Origin: Octopus sinensis
Taxonomy: Eukaryota
NCBI RefSeq assembly: GCF_006345805.1
Contig: NC_043002.1
Location: 7,750,001-7,814,000, forward strand
Length of the DNA: 64,000 bases
Reading direction: 5' to 3'
Below are positions 13,168 to 26,950 of this stretch, piece by piece. A model generated the notes under the pieces. The model saw nothing but the letters and a program-made list of their open reading frames with translations, did no database searches and was not told the DNA's origin. The translations under genes were made by a program, and so were the position numbers. Every line of letters begins with the position of its first letter. The first letter of the stretch is position 1.

Positions 13168-13339
13168 AATTGAGATAGGGGTTGCAAATTCAACCCCCTA
13201 TGGGATAACATATATCCAATATACTGCTAGTGAAGTACCCAACAAAGTTAATACATAAATGTTAAGAATTGCGATGCAATTAATTCATTTACTGTATTAC
13301 ATGGGCAAAGGTAAAATTATTTTTAGCATAAATTAATAA

Positions 13340-13752
13340 TACAAAATAAGAAAATGGAGAAATACAACTAAATCATTTATCAACTACCAGATAATACCCA
13401 ATCACATACTTTATTAAACCACTACATAAGAACATTAGGGTTAAATTAGCACTCTGAATTGCTCATACTTGTGTACTCGAAACATCCACTCATTGCTCAA
13501 AGTATTGATAGTGTATGTGAATATACCCTAGTATAGTACATTTGTTCCTGCAGGATCATTACTGCAAGTAAAATGGAGAAGATACTAATTAATTCATCAA
13601 TGAAGGATGTACCCATCCCTACTAAAGACCACTACACTAAAGAGCTAATTTAACCCTAATGTTCTTATGTAGTGGTTTAATAAAGTATGTGATTGGGTAT
13701 TATCTGGTAGTTGATAAATGATTTAGATGTATTCCTCCATTTTCTTATTTTG

Positions 13753-13754
<2 letters not shown>
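13340..13754. repeat. Inverted repeat (115-bp arms) whose spacer encodes a Penelope-like ORF N-terminus
   Basis: Arms at 13340-13455 and 13641-13754. The spacer from 13573 reads MEKILINSSMKDVPIPTKDHYTKELI, resembling the YSxKNIPIP N-terminal motif I recall from PLE ORFs. Confidence 0.6.
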
Positions 13755-13786
<32 letters not shown>

Positions 13787-13872
13787 TGTATAATAAATAT
13801 TAGGGAATATATCCAAATTTACAGGGAAAAAAAATCAGATTTAGGATTAAATCCAATTTTATAGTAAAATAT

Positions 13873-14037
13873 TATAAATATTATTTGAGACAAAACCACT
13901 ATTTTGCAAAACAAACAAGGAAAGACTTAATCAATACATAAAATTTAATAATTGACTATTTATTAAATTTTATGTATTGATTAAGTCTTTCCTTGTTTGT
14001 TTTGCAAATAGTGGTTTTGTCTCAAATAATATTTATA
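13873..14037. repeat. ~165-bp near-perfect palindrome of Penelope-type terminal repeat
   Basis: tataaatattatttgagacaaaaccact...caatacataaaatttaataa, a short loop, then ttattaaattttatgtattg...agtggttttgtctcaaataatatttata. Confidence 0.9.
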
Positions 14038-14045
14038 TATATATG

Positions 14046-14109
<64 letters not shown>

Positions 14110-14287
14110 GTGTGTGTGTGTGTGTGTGTGTGTGTCTGTGTGTGTCTCTGTGTGTGTATGTATGTATATTTATGTATATATATACATATATATACATACA
14201 TACGTACACACATATATATACACACATCTATATCTATATATATATATATATATTATGTATATATATACATATACATATACATATACA

Positions 14288-15300
14288 GCTTCTTGGGTGA
14301 CTGCTTCATATTTTGGAGCAAAAGTTAGGACATTACAAGATTACTCAAATTAATAAACAGCATTTATGAATGAAAAGGAACTCCCTTTTCTGAAGATTCT
14401 AATAGTTAAAGGAAATGAAATACCTACAACTGACCTCTTCTGAAAGGACACAGACACACACCAATATTTTGATTTTAGATCTTGCTACACTTCCCAAACG
14501 AACGTACCATTCATATGGCAAGAGATATATGCTCAGTAATTAGGATACGAACAGACGTGAGAAACGATTGGTAGGACTAAAAATGCTCCTTCAAAAACAG
14601 AACCTGAAAAGTTAATAAATCATGCCATAACCAAAGCAAAAAAGTCGTGATCTTTACGTGACGGAGAAACACTTCATTCTAACGATGAAAATGAATATAC
14701 AAGTACAAGTTTTTCATTGTAGTCACCCATAATCCTAGGAAACACAGCATCCTACATGCAGCCGAGCAATACCTTCCAATTCCACATCAATTATCAACTC
14801 TCCGACAAATAGTTAGAAAGTCACAAATCATCAATAGCCGAAGACAACCACCAAATCTCAAGAGACTTCAAACAGAGGTGGGTTTCACATTGGAGAAAGA
14901 AATAATGCAAGTAACAAACTGTGGAGACCCTCGTTGTAAGACATGTGAAATAACAGCAAGGAACAGCTAAAACATTCAAAATAGGAAGGAACTGATAGAG
15001 ATTGCAAACATGAATTGCAAAAGAAACAAATCTCGTTTACCGCATCAAATGCCGAAAATGTAGATGAGAATTACATTGGAGAAACAAGGACAAAGCTATG
15101 CAGTCGTGTAAAAGTGCATAAACAACAAATTAAAGAAGTGTTCCATTTGTGCAAATGAAAAAAATCTAACATTCTCCTTTTACAAACAAAATATGAAAAT
15201 AATCAACTATGAAAGGCAAAAGAATATTTCGTAAAAATTCCACATCCGAAACTGAACCGGAAATAGTTAACACCATTACACACACAGACAAAAAAGCATC
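14288..15300 (+). pseudogene. Penelope-like retroelement remnant: RT C-terminus/thumb plus GIY-YIG endonuclease
   Basis: FLGDCFIFW (decayed YxDD region), ELPFLKILI..TDLF*KDTDTHQYFDFRSC, THNPR, IINSRRQPPNLKR, CGDPRCKTC. Then NLVYRIKCRKC/DENYIGETRTKLCSRVKVHKQQIK at 15029-15135 (GIY-YIG). Multiple stops and frameshifts. Confidence 0.9.
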
Positions 15301-15444
15301 CTACTTATGCTTTAGCCCCTAACGCATGTTTGAAAAGTTGAAAAACGAAAGCGTTTACACTCAAAATACACACAAGACATAAAATATACACGAGACACAA
15401 ACTTCTTCCACAAGGGTTAGTGACATTCTGTTAAATAAAATAAA

Positions 15445-15686
15445 ATATTGTTGTATTTAGGAATGGTCATTTTGCCAGTTTAGCCAATAAAAACACACGC
15501 ACTATATATTTGGTGTTACTTTGCTTCAGCGTTATTTATTTTTTTACATTAATCTTAGTCTTATTTCGGCCAGAGTTCTTCGTCACACTCCTGTGACCGC
15601 ATCAGTGGTCCTTTGCTTTATATATATAGTGCGTGTGTTTTTATTGGCTAAACTGGCAAAATGACCATTCCTAAATACAACAATAT
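15445..15686. repeat. Inverted repeat (65-bp arms) downstream of the Penelope remnant
   Basis: atattgttgtatttaggaatggtcattttgccagtttagccaataaaaacacacgcactatatat and its reverse complement at 15622-15686. The same arm also occurs at ~57190-57300. Confidence 0.9.
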
Positions 15687-16123
15687 CTGTTTCAACACAC
15701 GATTTCACATCAAAAATCTTGCAAAACAAATATATAACCGTAAAATAAATAATAGTTAATGAATTTTTAAAAATCTTTTTCCAACGATTTGTATATTGTC
15801 TGATGTTTTAACGATTCTCTTAACTCACCACCAACCTTTGAGCTACTCCTTTCTAATAGGTTCTAGCATAGGCACAAGGCTACATATTTGATGGGGAGCG
15901 AACAGTAATAATATCGATCCGTGACTCTTATTTCATTTTATCGATCCCAGAGGAATGATGAATAAAGCTGACCACGGTGCTGAATTTGAACCCAAAACGT
16001 AAACAACAAAAACAAAAACTATATATATATATATAAAGTTAATCCAAACATGAAAACACAACAACACGAGTATGTTGAACAAGTATAGTGTTATTGGCCG
16101 CTCAAGAAAGGAAAGAAAGAAGA

Positions 16124-16162
16124 AGGATTTAACGTTTCGAGCAGAGCTCTTCATCAGAAACA
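16124..16162 (-). ncRNA. Minimal type-I hammerhead ribozyme motif
   Basis: Minus strand: gttt-CUGAUGA-a-gagc(ucu)gcuc-GAAA-cg-UU-aaau. Stem I guuu/aaau, palindromic ACGU stem III, GUU cleavage triplet. Confidence 0.7.
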
Positions 16163-18038
16163 TAGGAAAAGGAAAGATCCAAGGGAGGGAAGACGGAGGA
16201 AAAAAATCGCCAACTGTACACACGCGGTCACATTTTTATATATGCATATAAATATACATGTATGTATATATGTATGTATATATGTATATATATGTATATG
16301 TATATATATGTATATATATATTTATGTATATACATATGTATATATAAATATATATATACATACATGTATGTGTATGTATGTATATGTATATATAGAGGCC
16401 TTGCGTGAATTTATTAAAACGGGAATGAAATGTTGGCAGGCAAACTTACCTGCATAATTGTTACAAGGTTGAACGCTCAATAACAATTTTAATAAATAAT
16501 ACTTTTCTGAATTCTGTTTCTCGGTAGAGGGATCCATAAAGCAATTACAAATTGCAATTAATCAGATTCAAACTTGCTTTACTTTCTTCAAAGTTAATGA
16601 TTAGGTTTAGATTACTTATTTTATAGTGCAGCAGAATGTAAAGAAAATTCAAATACGAGTATTGTGTTATTGGGAAATGGGATTGGTGGACAATATAGAT
16701 ATTTTTAACAGAAGAGAAAATGTCATTTGATAAAGGTACACAGAGGCTCTTTCTGCTATGATACTACATCCTGTTTTAGTGTTACATATTTCGATTGAGT
16801 CAATACAGATTATTAAATGTGGTTGAATAAACGCTAATACGCAGGACAAATACTCAGTGTGTATATTCATACACACGCATGCATGCACACACCCACATAC
16901 ACACAAATGCACACACATACAAATACATACACACACATATACACATGTGAAGGAGAGAGTGAATGAGTTACACACATATATTATGAATTAAAAAATTTGT
17001 TGCTTCAGTAAGCGTGTGTGTATGTGTCTGTCTGATTGTGTGTGTTGTGTGTGTGTGTATGTGTGTGTGTGTGTGTGTACATGTGCAGTTGTGTATTGTC
17101 ATTTTTTTGTTCAAGTAGAATGTGAAAGAGAGAAAGAAAGGGAGTGAAAGGCAGAGAGATATAGAGTGAGAGAAAGCAAGAGATTCACAAAGGGAGGGAC
17201 AGATAGGATGAGAAATATGGCAAAAAGAGAAGAAACAGAGAAAGAAAAGAGAGACGGAGAGAAAGAGAGAGAGAGAAGGGATAGAGTTAAGAGAGATACA
17301 GACAGAGAGAAAGAGAGAAAGAGAAGCACCATACAGGGAAAATTCGATCAACGCTTCCTTAAATACTCTTTATTTGAATATAAGTTTGAATATGTGTCAA
17401 TGTGTGTCACCGCATATATGTTCGTATATGTTGTGGTATCGCCGCTGTTATTATCATCGTTGTCCTATACCGAGACGTCCCTGGATAAAGGAGCAGGCCG
17501 ATAACCAACAGGGTTCAGGTATAACCATCGTGATTTGCTTTAAGGGCAGTGAGTACCGATATAAATGGTTAGGGATCTCTTTTTTTTTTAATCAAAGACT
17601 GTTGGGTGTGGCCTAAAGAACGTTTCTCTTCTATTTCTAGCAAGGCAAATTACCACATATAAGCAACTCTTTTGTCCCGCTCGCACAGGTGGACAGTTTG
17701 TATATATACACACACATAAATATATACACATACGTATATCTGTATGTACCTATATATAATATATGAGGTATATACCTACAGAAATGCACGTAAATGCATT
17801 ACATTTACATGCGTGTATGTGTATATGTATGTATGTATATATAAATATATTCACAAACATACATATATGTATATATATATGTATGTATATATATATGTGT
17901 GTGTGTGTGTAAAATTATATAGATAGATAGACAGATTATGATATGCATGTGTATATAGATATATAAATATACATCATTTATATGCATGTATAGATATGTA
18001 CAAATATGTGTACATACGTATATACATGTATATATTAT

Positions 18039-18039
<1 letters not shown>

Positions 18040-18117
<78 letters not shown>
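18040..18117. repeat. (GATA)n microsatellite
   Basis: Direct reading. Confidence 0.97.
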
Positions 18118-18318
18118 TCCTTTTGCCACATACCATTACTCATCATTTGACTGCATCAATATACGTGTACATCAGTGTACATATGAACGTACGTATGTGT
18201 ATATATATGCATGTATGTATATCACGAATAACATTATATTTAGCAATGAGTGTACATGCATATACACACATGGTTTCATATATACATATTTATATATATA
18301 AGGCATATACGTGTGTAT

Positions 18319-18349
<31 letters not shown>

Positions 18350-18386
18350 TATATTTACGTATATATACATATACATATCTATATAT

Positions 18387-18436
<50 letters not shown>

Positions 18437-18924
18437 GTATGTATATAATTATATGTATGTATGTATCATCCGTGAAAATATTGACCGGGCAACAGGTAGG
18501 CAATGTGTGTAGCTAATATCAACAGAAAAAACAAGTGATTAATAGCATCAACAACAAAAACAATAATATTTCTAATTTGCATACTCATTAGATCTCAAAA
18601 TCAACAACAGCAACAACAATAACATCCACAAAATTCTCTAATTGCAGCTGAAAATAATTAAGTTTATGCAGTGTCCATGATGGGCTAATGCACACAGTTA
18701 CGTACATATATACACACACATCCAAACACACATACACACACACACATTTATACAGGTAATATACATCGGTCATGCACAGACACACATGGATATATATATA
18801 GATATACTTGTGTACATACATCTTACATACGCAGACACACCAGAGATTTATATCGACATACATACACACACACACGCACACATTTATACAGGTAATATAC
18901 ATCGGTCATGCACAGACACACATG

Positions 18925-18965
<41 letters not shown>

Positions 18966-21097
18966 TATATATACATATACTTGTGTACATACATCTTACA
19001 TACGCAGACACACCAGAGATTTATATCGGCATACATACACACACACACACACAAACGATATGTGAAAAGGTTTACAAAACATTTCACTGACCCCAAAAAA
19101 GTGACGATTCAACAACAGAGAGGGGACATTTAGCGACGTTACTCTCCTCATTCGTCCTTAATCGTGATAGAGTAATAATATCCCAGTTTTGACTAGCTTT
19201 TCATTCAGGTGTCTCCTTCCTTTTTTCACCCAACCCCACACATTACTCCCCCTCTCTCTCTCTGTCTATTTATCTCTCTTCCTCCCTCGCCACTCTCTAT
19301 CCTCTCTCTCTTTATCTCTATTTAATTTCCCTTATGTATTTGTCTGGCTGGCTCTGTGTTCGTCCCCTCATAGAAATAAATATATAACAAGTCAGGTAAA
19401 GAAAAAAGAATATACATACATAAATTAAAATTAGGAACCCTCAACATACCCGTGTCTGTGTTTATATGTTAGGACGCAGGTGTCGATCTGAGTGGTTTAG
19501 AAGTTCGCTTCTCAACCATGACGCCACGGGTTCGATCCTATTTGGGGCTATCTTGAAAGAAGTTGCATGATAAATTCTAGCTGTGTGAATGAAATTCGGA
19601 AAATGGGATCTACGTGAGGGTCGGTCGGATGGACAATAACTTTGGTATCTGTAATTCAAAGGGACCGCCTTGTTCCACGCTGATACAGTCGTAGAATTAT
19701 TTTAAAGGACACGTATCTGTGGAATATTTAACTGTCTACACAGTACTTTAATGTGTAGGGAGTTTAGTTGACTGAACAACTAAAATATTCATCATCGACA
19801 AAAGTGAAGACCCATTTGCAATGTGTGCCTTTATAATCAGAAAGCAGAACGTTCGGTGATGAATTTAAATTTATTTTCAATTTCTTTTTGCTGTTATAAC
19901 TGAATTGTAGTTAATATTGAAGAGGTGGATCTTTGGATATTTTTTTTTTTTTTGTTTGCTTTTACATCTTTTAATATTCCGAGTTCAAATCCCGCCCAGT
20001 CTGACAATTTTGAGACTTTGCTTTACATCAATCCGGGGTCGGTAACTAAAGCTCCAGAGTACAGGGACCGGCTTGATCGACTGTACTCTTGCTCCGCCTC
20101 AAAAAGTTCTGACACTGTGTTAAGGTCACCAATATTAAAATGTCCAATAAAATGCCCCGTGGTTTACCTTACAGCAATTTACTTTTCGAGTTCAAATTCC
20201 TCCCGAGCCGACAATGAATTTTTCTTTTTCTTAGATCGACAAAATAAGTAGCAGTCATATAATGGGTTCGATTTCATGTAATGGGTTCGATCTACCTGTC
20301 AGTCGGAGAATATTGGTGGGCTCGAGTACCAGTATTTGGCGACAATCTTAAATCAGTCATTAACTGGTTCTAGCCTGCAGGTCTTATATTGGGACATTTC
20401 ATTAGTGTCTTTATAGTTTCTAATGCCTGTTTTTCATTCTGCGATTATGGGGGGGGGGAAGGTTTCCAATGAAGCTTTTGTCTTTTTTGCAATAATTTAT
20501 TTATATTGACCACTTTATCCTTCATCTTTAAAAAATCATATAATAAATGATCCACAAGCACTCAAGAAAACTGAGTTCCATTTGCCAAAATGTTTCCAAG
20601 GCACCAGCAGACCCTAAGGGACGCATTCGAGTCCATAGAACATGATTAACGCTTTATTTTACTATACCCTCGTTTGTCGTTCACAAGAGAATCCATCATA
20701 TATATATAGAGAGTCAAAAATTGTGAAGCATGACTGTCACCACTACTACATGAACCTGAAGATTGCAGAATTTAATGCATGAAAGTACTAGTTCAATCAG
20801 AATGAACATTTAACATTCTACTATTTTATTTTATTCTATTATTTTATCTTATATTATATCATTATAAGATTGTAAATAAAACGTGAAAATCAGATAAGGT
20901 TGGAATCCCTTTTATTAATATATATAAACTTAGATAAAACTTAGATATGTTTCGACCAGAGATTGGTCCAGGCCATGTCTAACTTAATAGCACCACCTGA
21001 TAGGATTATTCGAATCCTGTTTAAGTCAAGTTTTGTTCAAGTAGTGAGTTCTTGTTGGGTGAGTTGTATCCAATTATGGGTGGCTTATCTGGTATAC

Positions 21098-21128
<31 letters not shown>

Positions 21129-21440
21129 ATATATTATATATATATATATGTATATGTATATGTATGTATGTATGTATGTATTTATGTATGTATGTGTGCA
21201 TGTGTGTGGGGGGGTGCATCGGTGACTAAACTGGTAATCCCACCGAACTTGCTTGGTGGGGAGGGGGATTGTTGGACACCATGCGGGATGAAAAATAAAT
21301 ACCCATCACAAAGGTGATAGAACAATATGTGTATATGTATATACTGTTTTATCTTATTTTATTTACATTTTAAATTTCAAGTATTTAATTTCATATATTA
21401 GGTGGCAGATGATGGGGCTCCTTAACCGTGGTGAAGGCAT

Positions 21441-21571
21441 CCACATGGTTCCGGGTTCAGTCCCACTGCGTGGCATCTTGGGCAAGTGTCTTCTGCTATA
21501 GCCCCGGGCCGACCAATGCCTTGTGAGTGGATTTGGTAGATGGAAACTGAAAGAAGCCTGTCGTATATATG

Positions 21572-21610
<39 letters not shown>

Positions 21611-21825
21611 TTGTGTATCTGTGTTTGTTCCCCTAGCTTTGCTTGACAACCGATGCTGGTGTGTTTACGACTCCGTAACTTAGCGGTTCGGCAAAAGAGA
21701 CCGATAGGATAAATACTGGGCTTACAAAGAATAAGTCCCGGGGTCGATTTGCTCGACTAAAGGCGGTGCTCCAGCATGGCCGCAGTCAAATGACTGGAAC
21801 AAGTAAAAGAGTAAAAGAGTAAGAG
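21441..21825 (+). mobile_element. CORE-type SINE (5' ~35 nt missing)
   Basis: ccacatggttccgggttcagtcccactgcgtggcatcttgggcaagtgtc ... ggcggtgctccagcatggccgcagtc, with (GAGTAAAA)n tail. Confidence 0.9.
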
Positions 21826-21999
21826 TATATGTATGCCATATTCTTGCTATTGTCACTTCCAAAAAGTTTGGGTGGTTTTACACAAGCCAACTTCAACCTT
21901 AAATCAAATCATATGTGTGTGTTATCTGACAACTTACATTTATTCATTCAATACTGCACAGCTTCACCATGCAAAAGCAAAACAGTCCCCTGGCGAGAA

Positions 22000-24305
22000 A
22001 GTGAAAGTGGCAGAGACAGGTAAAGGATATTACAAGAAGTCTCTTGCTGCATCTCTACAGAGTTAGCAACCATTGGGTGATGGCCATCCCAGCACAAAAC
22101 TTGTAACTGTACTGTCCATATCCTCCAGTAGTGACAAAGCAGGTCTATATAGACACAGCACTGCTTTCCCCAACAGCGAGGGGGAGGCGAGAAAAGGACC
22201 CCTAAACATTGCTTACTCACCTTAAACTTGGCAGCCCGCTGCAGCTGTCCGGTTATTCAGCAACGCAGTCAAAGCATGAAGAAATCTAAGAATATTAACC
22301 TTGGTTCTTGGAATGTGTGCACTCTCCAAGACAATCACTCAGCACCAGAACGAAAAAAAGCACTGGTTGCCCTTGAACTAAAGAAATACAATTTTGACAT
22401 ATTTAAGGCGGCGAGCTGGCAGAAACGTTAGCACGCTGGGCGAAATGCGTAGCCGTATTTCGTCTGCCGTTACGTTCTGATTTCAAATTCCGCCGAGGTC
22501 GACTTTGCCTTTCGTCCTTTCGGAGTCGATAAATTAAGTACCAGTTACGCACTGGGGTCGATGTAATCGACTCAATCCGTTTGTCTGTCCTTGTTTGCCC
22601 CCTCCATGTTTAGCCCCTTGTGGGTAGTAAAGAAACAAATATTGACATAGTTGCACTCAGCGAAGCTCATCTTGCAGGTTCATCTCAGAAAAGTTAGTAA
22701 ATGGATACGTATTTTTCTGGTGTGGAATAAATGAGGAGGAGCCGCTCCATATCTTGGTGTTGGTTTTGCCAGCAAGACAGAAATAGCTAGATTCTTTCTT
22801 TCTCTACCCAAAGGTATTTATGACCGCATCATGTCACTAACGTTGGAACTTGATCATAACACTCGTGTTAAGCTTGTCAGTTACTCTGCTCCAACTATGG
22901 TCAGCACTGAGCAGGAAAAGGTCGAATTTTACAACCACCTCCGTGATGTCATCTCCAATAGTCACCATAGAGATAAACTTATCCTTATGGGCGACTTTAA
23001 CGCTCGTGTTGGTACTTACTATCAGGCATGGGAGGATGTATTTGGTTTCCATGGTGTAGGTCGAAGGAACTCCAGCGGTCTGCGTGTGCTCTCCATCTGC
23101 AGAGAATTCAGTCAAAGCATCACAAATACCTTTTTTTCAACAGTGAAATTGTTGCAGGACAACCTGGATGCATCCTAGATCTAAGGATTGGCATCTCATA
23201 GACTATGTTATCACTAAGAAGCGAGATATTAGAGACTGTAACATTACACATTCCTTTCATAACACCTGCTACCTTTCTGATCATTCTCTTCTCCATCTGA
23301 AACACACAAGACTACAAAAGTCATCAATGCCTAAGGGCATTAATGTTCTGCCTTTGAAAACTGCTTAAAAGCAGGCTGAGCTCTCTAACAAGTTGAACAC
23401 TGTTGGTATCAAAGATGAGATAGAATCATCTTGGAAGGCTCTGCATCTTGGAAGACAGTCTGCATCTGTAAAGGTTATTGGACTTCCTGTTCGTAAACAT
23501 CGAGATTGGTTCAGTGATAACAACACAGATGTCCATCTGTTGATAACTAAAATGTACAACTCTCATAAGACATGGAAAAATGATAAGAGTTCATCAAGAA
23601 AAGAGAATTCTTATAAGAAATGCGGGAGGCAGGTCCAACCTGATCTGAGACAGATGAAGGGGGCTTGGTGGTCTTCCAAAGCTACTGAACTCCAAGAGGT
23701 TGCAGACAGGAAGGATTATAAAGCCTCTTATGATGACCTCAAGAAAGTGTATGGCCCTCAAAAGCACGGTACTACTCCTATTTTTTCATCCAATGGAGAG
23801 ACACTTTTAACTGACAAATCTGACATCCTGAAACGATGGGAAGATCATTTCGAAGCCATATTGAACTCCATCTCAGTCATAATTGATGACGCCATAATGT
23901 CCTTTCCACAGTACGCTGAAATACCGGTTTTTCTCTGGAGCCAACCTTCCTAGAAGTGGTAAACTGTTAAACAGATCTCTTCTGGTAAAGCACCTGGCAG
24001 AGATGCTCGTATCTCTCCTGAAATGTACAAGGATGGTGGACGGAAGCTTTTTCAAGAAATTTCATGACCTCTTCATATTTGGATGGTAGGCTGTGTACCA
24101 CAGGATTTCGAAGATGCCTCAATTGAACATCTTTATAAGAACAAACGAAGGAGAAGTGTTTGAGATAATCAACGTTGAATATCGCACCTATCTATTGCAG
24201 GTAAGCTTCTTGCTCGACTCATTCTTGACAGGATCATCAAACACTTTGTAAATGATATCTATCCAGAATCCCTGTGAGGGTTTCACTCTAGTCTTGGCAC
24301 TGTAA
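22000..24305 (+). pseudogene. RTE (BovB-like) LINE remnant: APE endonuclease plus N-terminal RT
   Basis: LGSWNVCTL, IVALSE, LMGDFNARVG, WMHPRSKDWHLIDYVI, SDH, GKAPGRD..ISPEMYK, LSIAGKLLARLILDRI, GFHSS. Many frameshifts; RT domains 3-7 absent. The 5' boundary is approximate. Confidence 0.92.
22402..22641 (+). mobile_element. Meta-like SINE inserted into the RTE endonuclease
   Basis: Full family sequence. TSD ttgacata at 22394-22401 and 22642-22649. Removing it restores KYNFD-IVALSE. Confidence 0.92.
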
Positions 24306-24483
24306 TATAGCTAACTCTACAGTTATTTATAAGAAACCCGTAGCTCTGAATATTGAGATGATGTGAAAACACATCACCGCAATATTGACATATATATCCT
24401 CAGATATATATGGCTACATACATGCATATACATACATACACACACACATAGATGCATACATATATATATATATATATATATAT

Positions 24484-24855
24484 TCTTTGATTTGTTTCAG
24501 TCATTTGACTGCGGCCATGCTGGAGCATCACCTTTTAGTCGAACAAATCGACCCCAGGACTTCTTCTTTGTAAGCCTTGTACTTATTCTACCGGTCATTT
24601 TTACCGAACCGCTAAGTTAGGCGGACGTAAACACACCAATATCGGTTGTCAAGCGACGGTGGCGGGAGGACAAACACAGACACACAAACACACACACACA
24701 CACACACAGTTCCGTCTACCAAATCCACTTTCAAGGCTTTCGTCGGCCCTAGTCCATAGTAGAAGACACTTGCCCAAGGTGCCATGCAGCGGAACTGAAC
24801 CCGGAACCATGTGGCTGGTAAGCAAGCTACTTACCACAGAGTCACTCCTGCGCCT
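24484..24855 (-). mobile_element. Full-length CORE-type SINE
   Basis: Tail tttgtttcagtcatttgactgcggccatgctggagc through head cactcctgcgcct. Confidence 0.9.
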
Positions 24856-24909
24856 GTATAAATATATGAGTGACCTAAAGTTGTATATACACTTTAATAG
24901 CTGAAAACT

Positions 24910-26110
24910 CAGTTTTCCTTGTATTATTTTCTAGATTTTCTATAGCCAGCCTGAACATTGAACAAAAAAATTTATCCTAACGCACTACTGTGAGATTCAA
25001 AGGTAGTCCGAGTACAAAGACATTTAGGAGTATGTTTTAAGCAGATCTGCCAATGCTATTTACCATCATTTTAAATAGTTATAAGTTTTAAGCAAATGGA
25101 ACTGATCAGAATGTCTATAGGAAACCTTCCTGAAGATCGCGATCATCAACGAAACGCAGAAAGCAAGAAAGGGTACAAATAAATCTATGCGACAAACGTG
25201 TTGTGAGTTATGAATTTCTTAATCAAACGTTCATCACATTTTGAAACGGTTTTTAGAAATGTAACATTCCAAAAGTAATCCATGCTGTCAACGATGATGA
25301 TCCGGATCGATAAATGGGATTTTGCAACGGTACTTGCCAAGACATGTCGAAGCTGCACACTCTCCAACAAAGATTGTTTGAGGTGATGAGGCTACGTTTA
25401 AATTAAATGGCTCAGTTAACCGCATCAGGAAAAGAGAATGCTTATAAGAAATGCAGAGGGCAGGTCCAACCTGATCTGAGGCAGATGAAGGAGGCTTTTT
25501 TTAAACCAAAAATAGAATTGAACGAACAGACATGATGTATCATCTCCGTCTAACTGTCCCCTTTATTACTTGCTAAAGGAAGTCAGAGAGTTGAAGACCT
25601 GAAAATTCGCCTATTTGGGTTGATCATCATGTTCATTTACCTGGATTAATTAGGCATTTTTTTCATGGAATTATGACTTGAATATGCAGCGACAGTCTGT
25701 CATGCCAAGCATTCGAGAAGACTTTGAAGATGTGGAGCTTTATTGCCAGTAAGATGAGCCATTCCTACACGACTGTCGTAGTGTAAGGGACTAACTTGAT
25801 GGCTGGTCCTAACATGAGGTTTAGACGTAGAGGTTCAGTAGAATATACTCCACGTTCGACGGTTCTCACACCACTAGACATTTTACGGTGATACTTGAAA
25901 GACAAATTTACAATACAAAACCAGCAATTGTAGCTGATTGATTAAAGGCAGCCATTGAACGAGAGTATGAACAAAAACCGAAAGAAATGTTCTTGGTGCT
26001 TCTGATTCCATTGTTTCATGTTATCATCAGTCAGCTATTTGAAAAAAAAATATTCAAACCAAAAATCTCATTTTCTTTTTTGTAAATTCTATTAAATTTT
26101 GAAAACGAAG
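24910..26110 (+). pseudogene. Decayed Tc1/mariner-superfamily (maT/DD37D-like) transposase
   Basis: GDEATFKLNGSVNR at ~25383-25425 and RRGSVEYTPRSTVLTPLDIL*YLKDK at ~25825-25910, resembling WPPRSPDLTPLDFFLWGYLK. Boundaries approximate. Confidence 0.7.
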
Positions 26111-26169
26111 TGTGTTTAATGTACACTGACTTCATAATCACTCATTGTGCGTATACATTTATAATGGAT

Positions 26170-26204
<35 letters not shown>

Positions 26205-26950
26205 TGTGTGTGTGTGTGTGTGTCTGTGTGTGTGTGTCTGTGTGTATGTGTGATTGAGTATGTGTGTGTGTGCTATTCTTACGTAAACTTTAACCATCCG
26301 TTTTATAGTAGAAAGGCGATATGATGGTTTTAAATTCCTAACAATGTCAGTTGACCTGCTAGAAATAGCAGACAAATCACTCATAAACCAGAACCCTAGC
26401 ACCTCCTTAAACAATATGTAGATAGATCGGATAATTGGTCCGGATTCCTTGCATGTAGGAAAAAAGACTAGAATGCATTTAATCACAGTCCTGCTTGGCC
26501 AGAGCAGGCCTGCGGTTGACCAACAACATCAGTGTAGTTTACTGTGGGCCACAGCACAACCTCGCACTACAGTATACAAAATATGATGCAAATGATTGAG
26601 CAACCACTAGTCACTCGATCTGCTGGAAATAGCAACCAAATTCATCAGTTAAACCACACCCTGCCTGTTAAATTACAAGAGAGAAGGATTATTTGGCGAA
26701 CATAGTCATAGATGCCTCAAAGACGATGGGATGGGCACGGCTGAAATGCCTTATATCATAAATATGCTCGATTTTCTTGAAATAAGCCTGAACAACATCA
26801 ACAAGAAACACATCATACTATGAAGGCACCAGTAACAGAACCACTATATAGTGTGCTCGACTTGCTAAAAATAGTAGCCAAACTTCCCTCAGCTCACATT
26901 CTACCATCTTTAAAAAATAACAGACATTTGATTGAGTATTCTTCGGGTGT

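Noticed and set aside
15555-15612. Hammerhead-like skeleton on minus (ctgatgc-gtcac/gtgac-gaag; also gtgacga...gaaa)
   Set aside because: Two or more conserved core positions differ and no proper stem III/NUH site forms.
21970-22120. Possible HDV-like ribozyme at the RTE 5' end (known in RTE elements)
   Set aside because: I could not build the nested double pseudoknot by eye; it needs an RNArobo/Infernal search.
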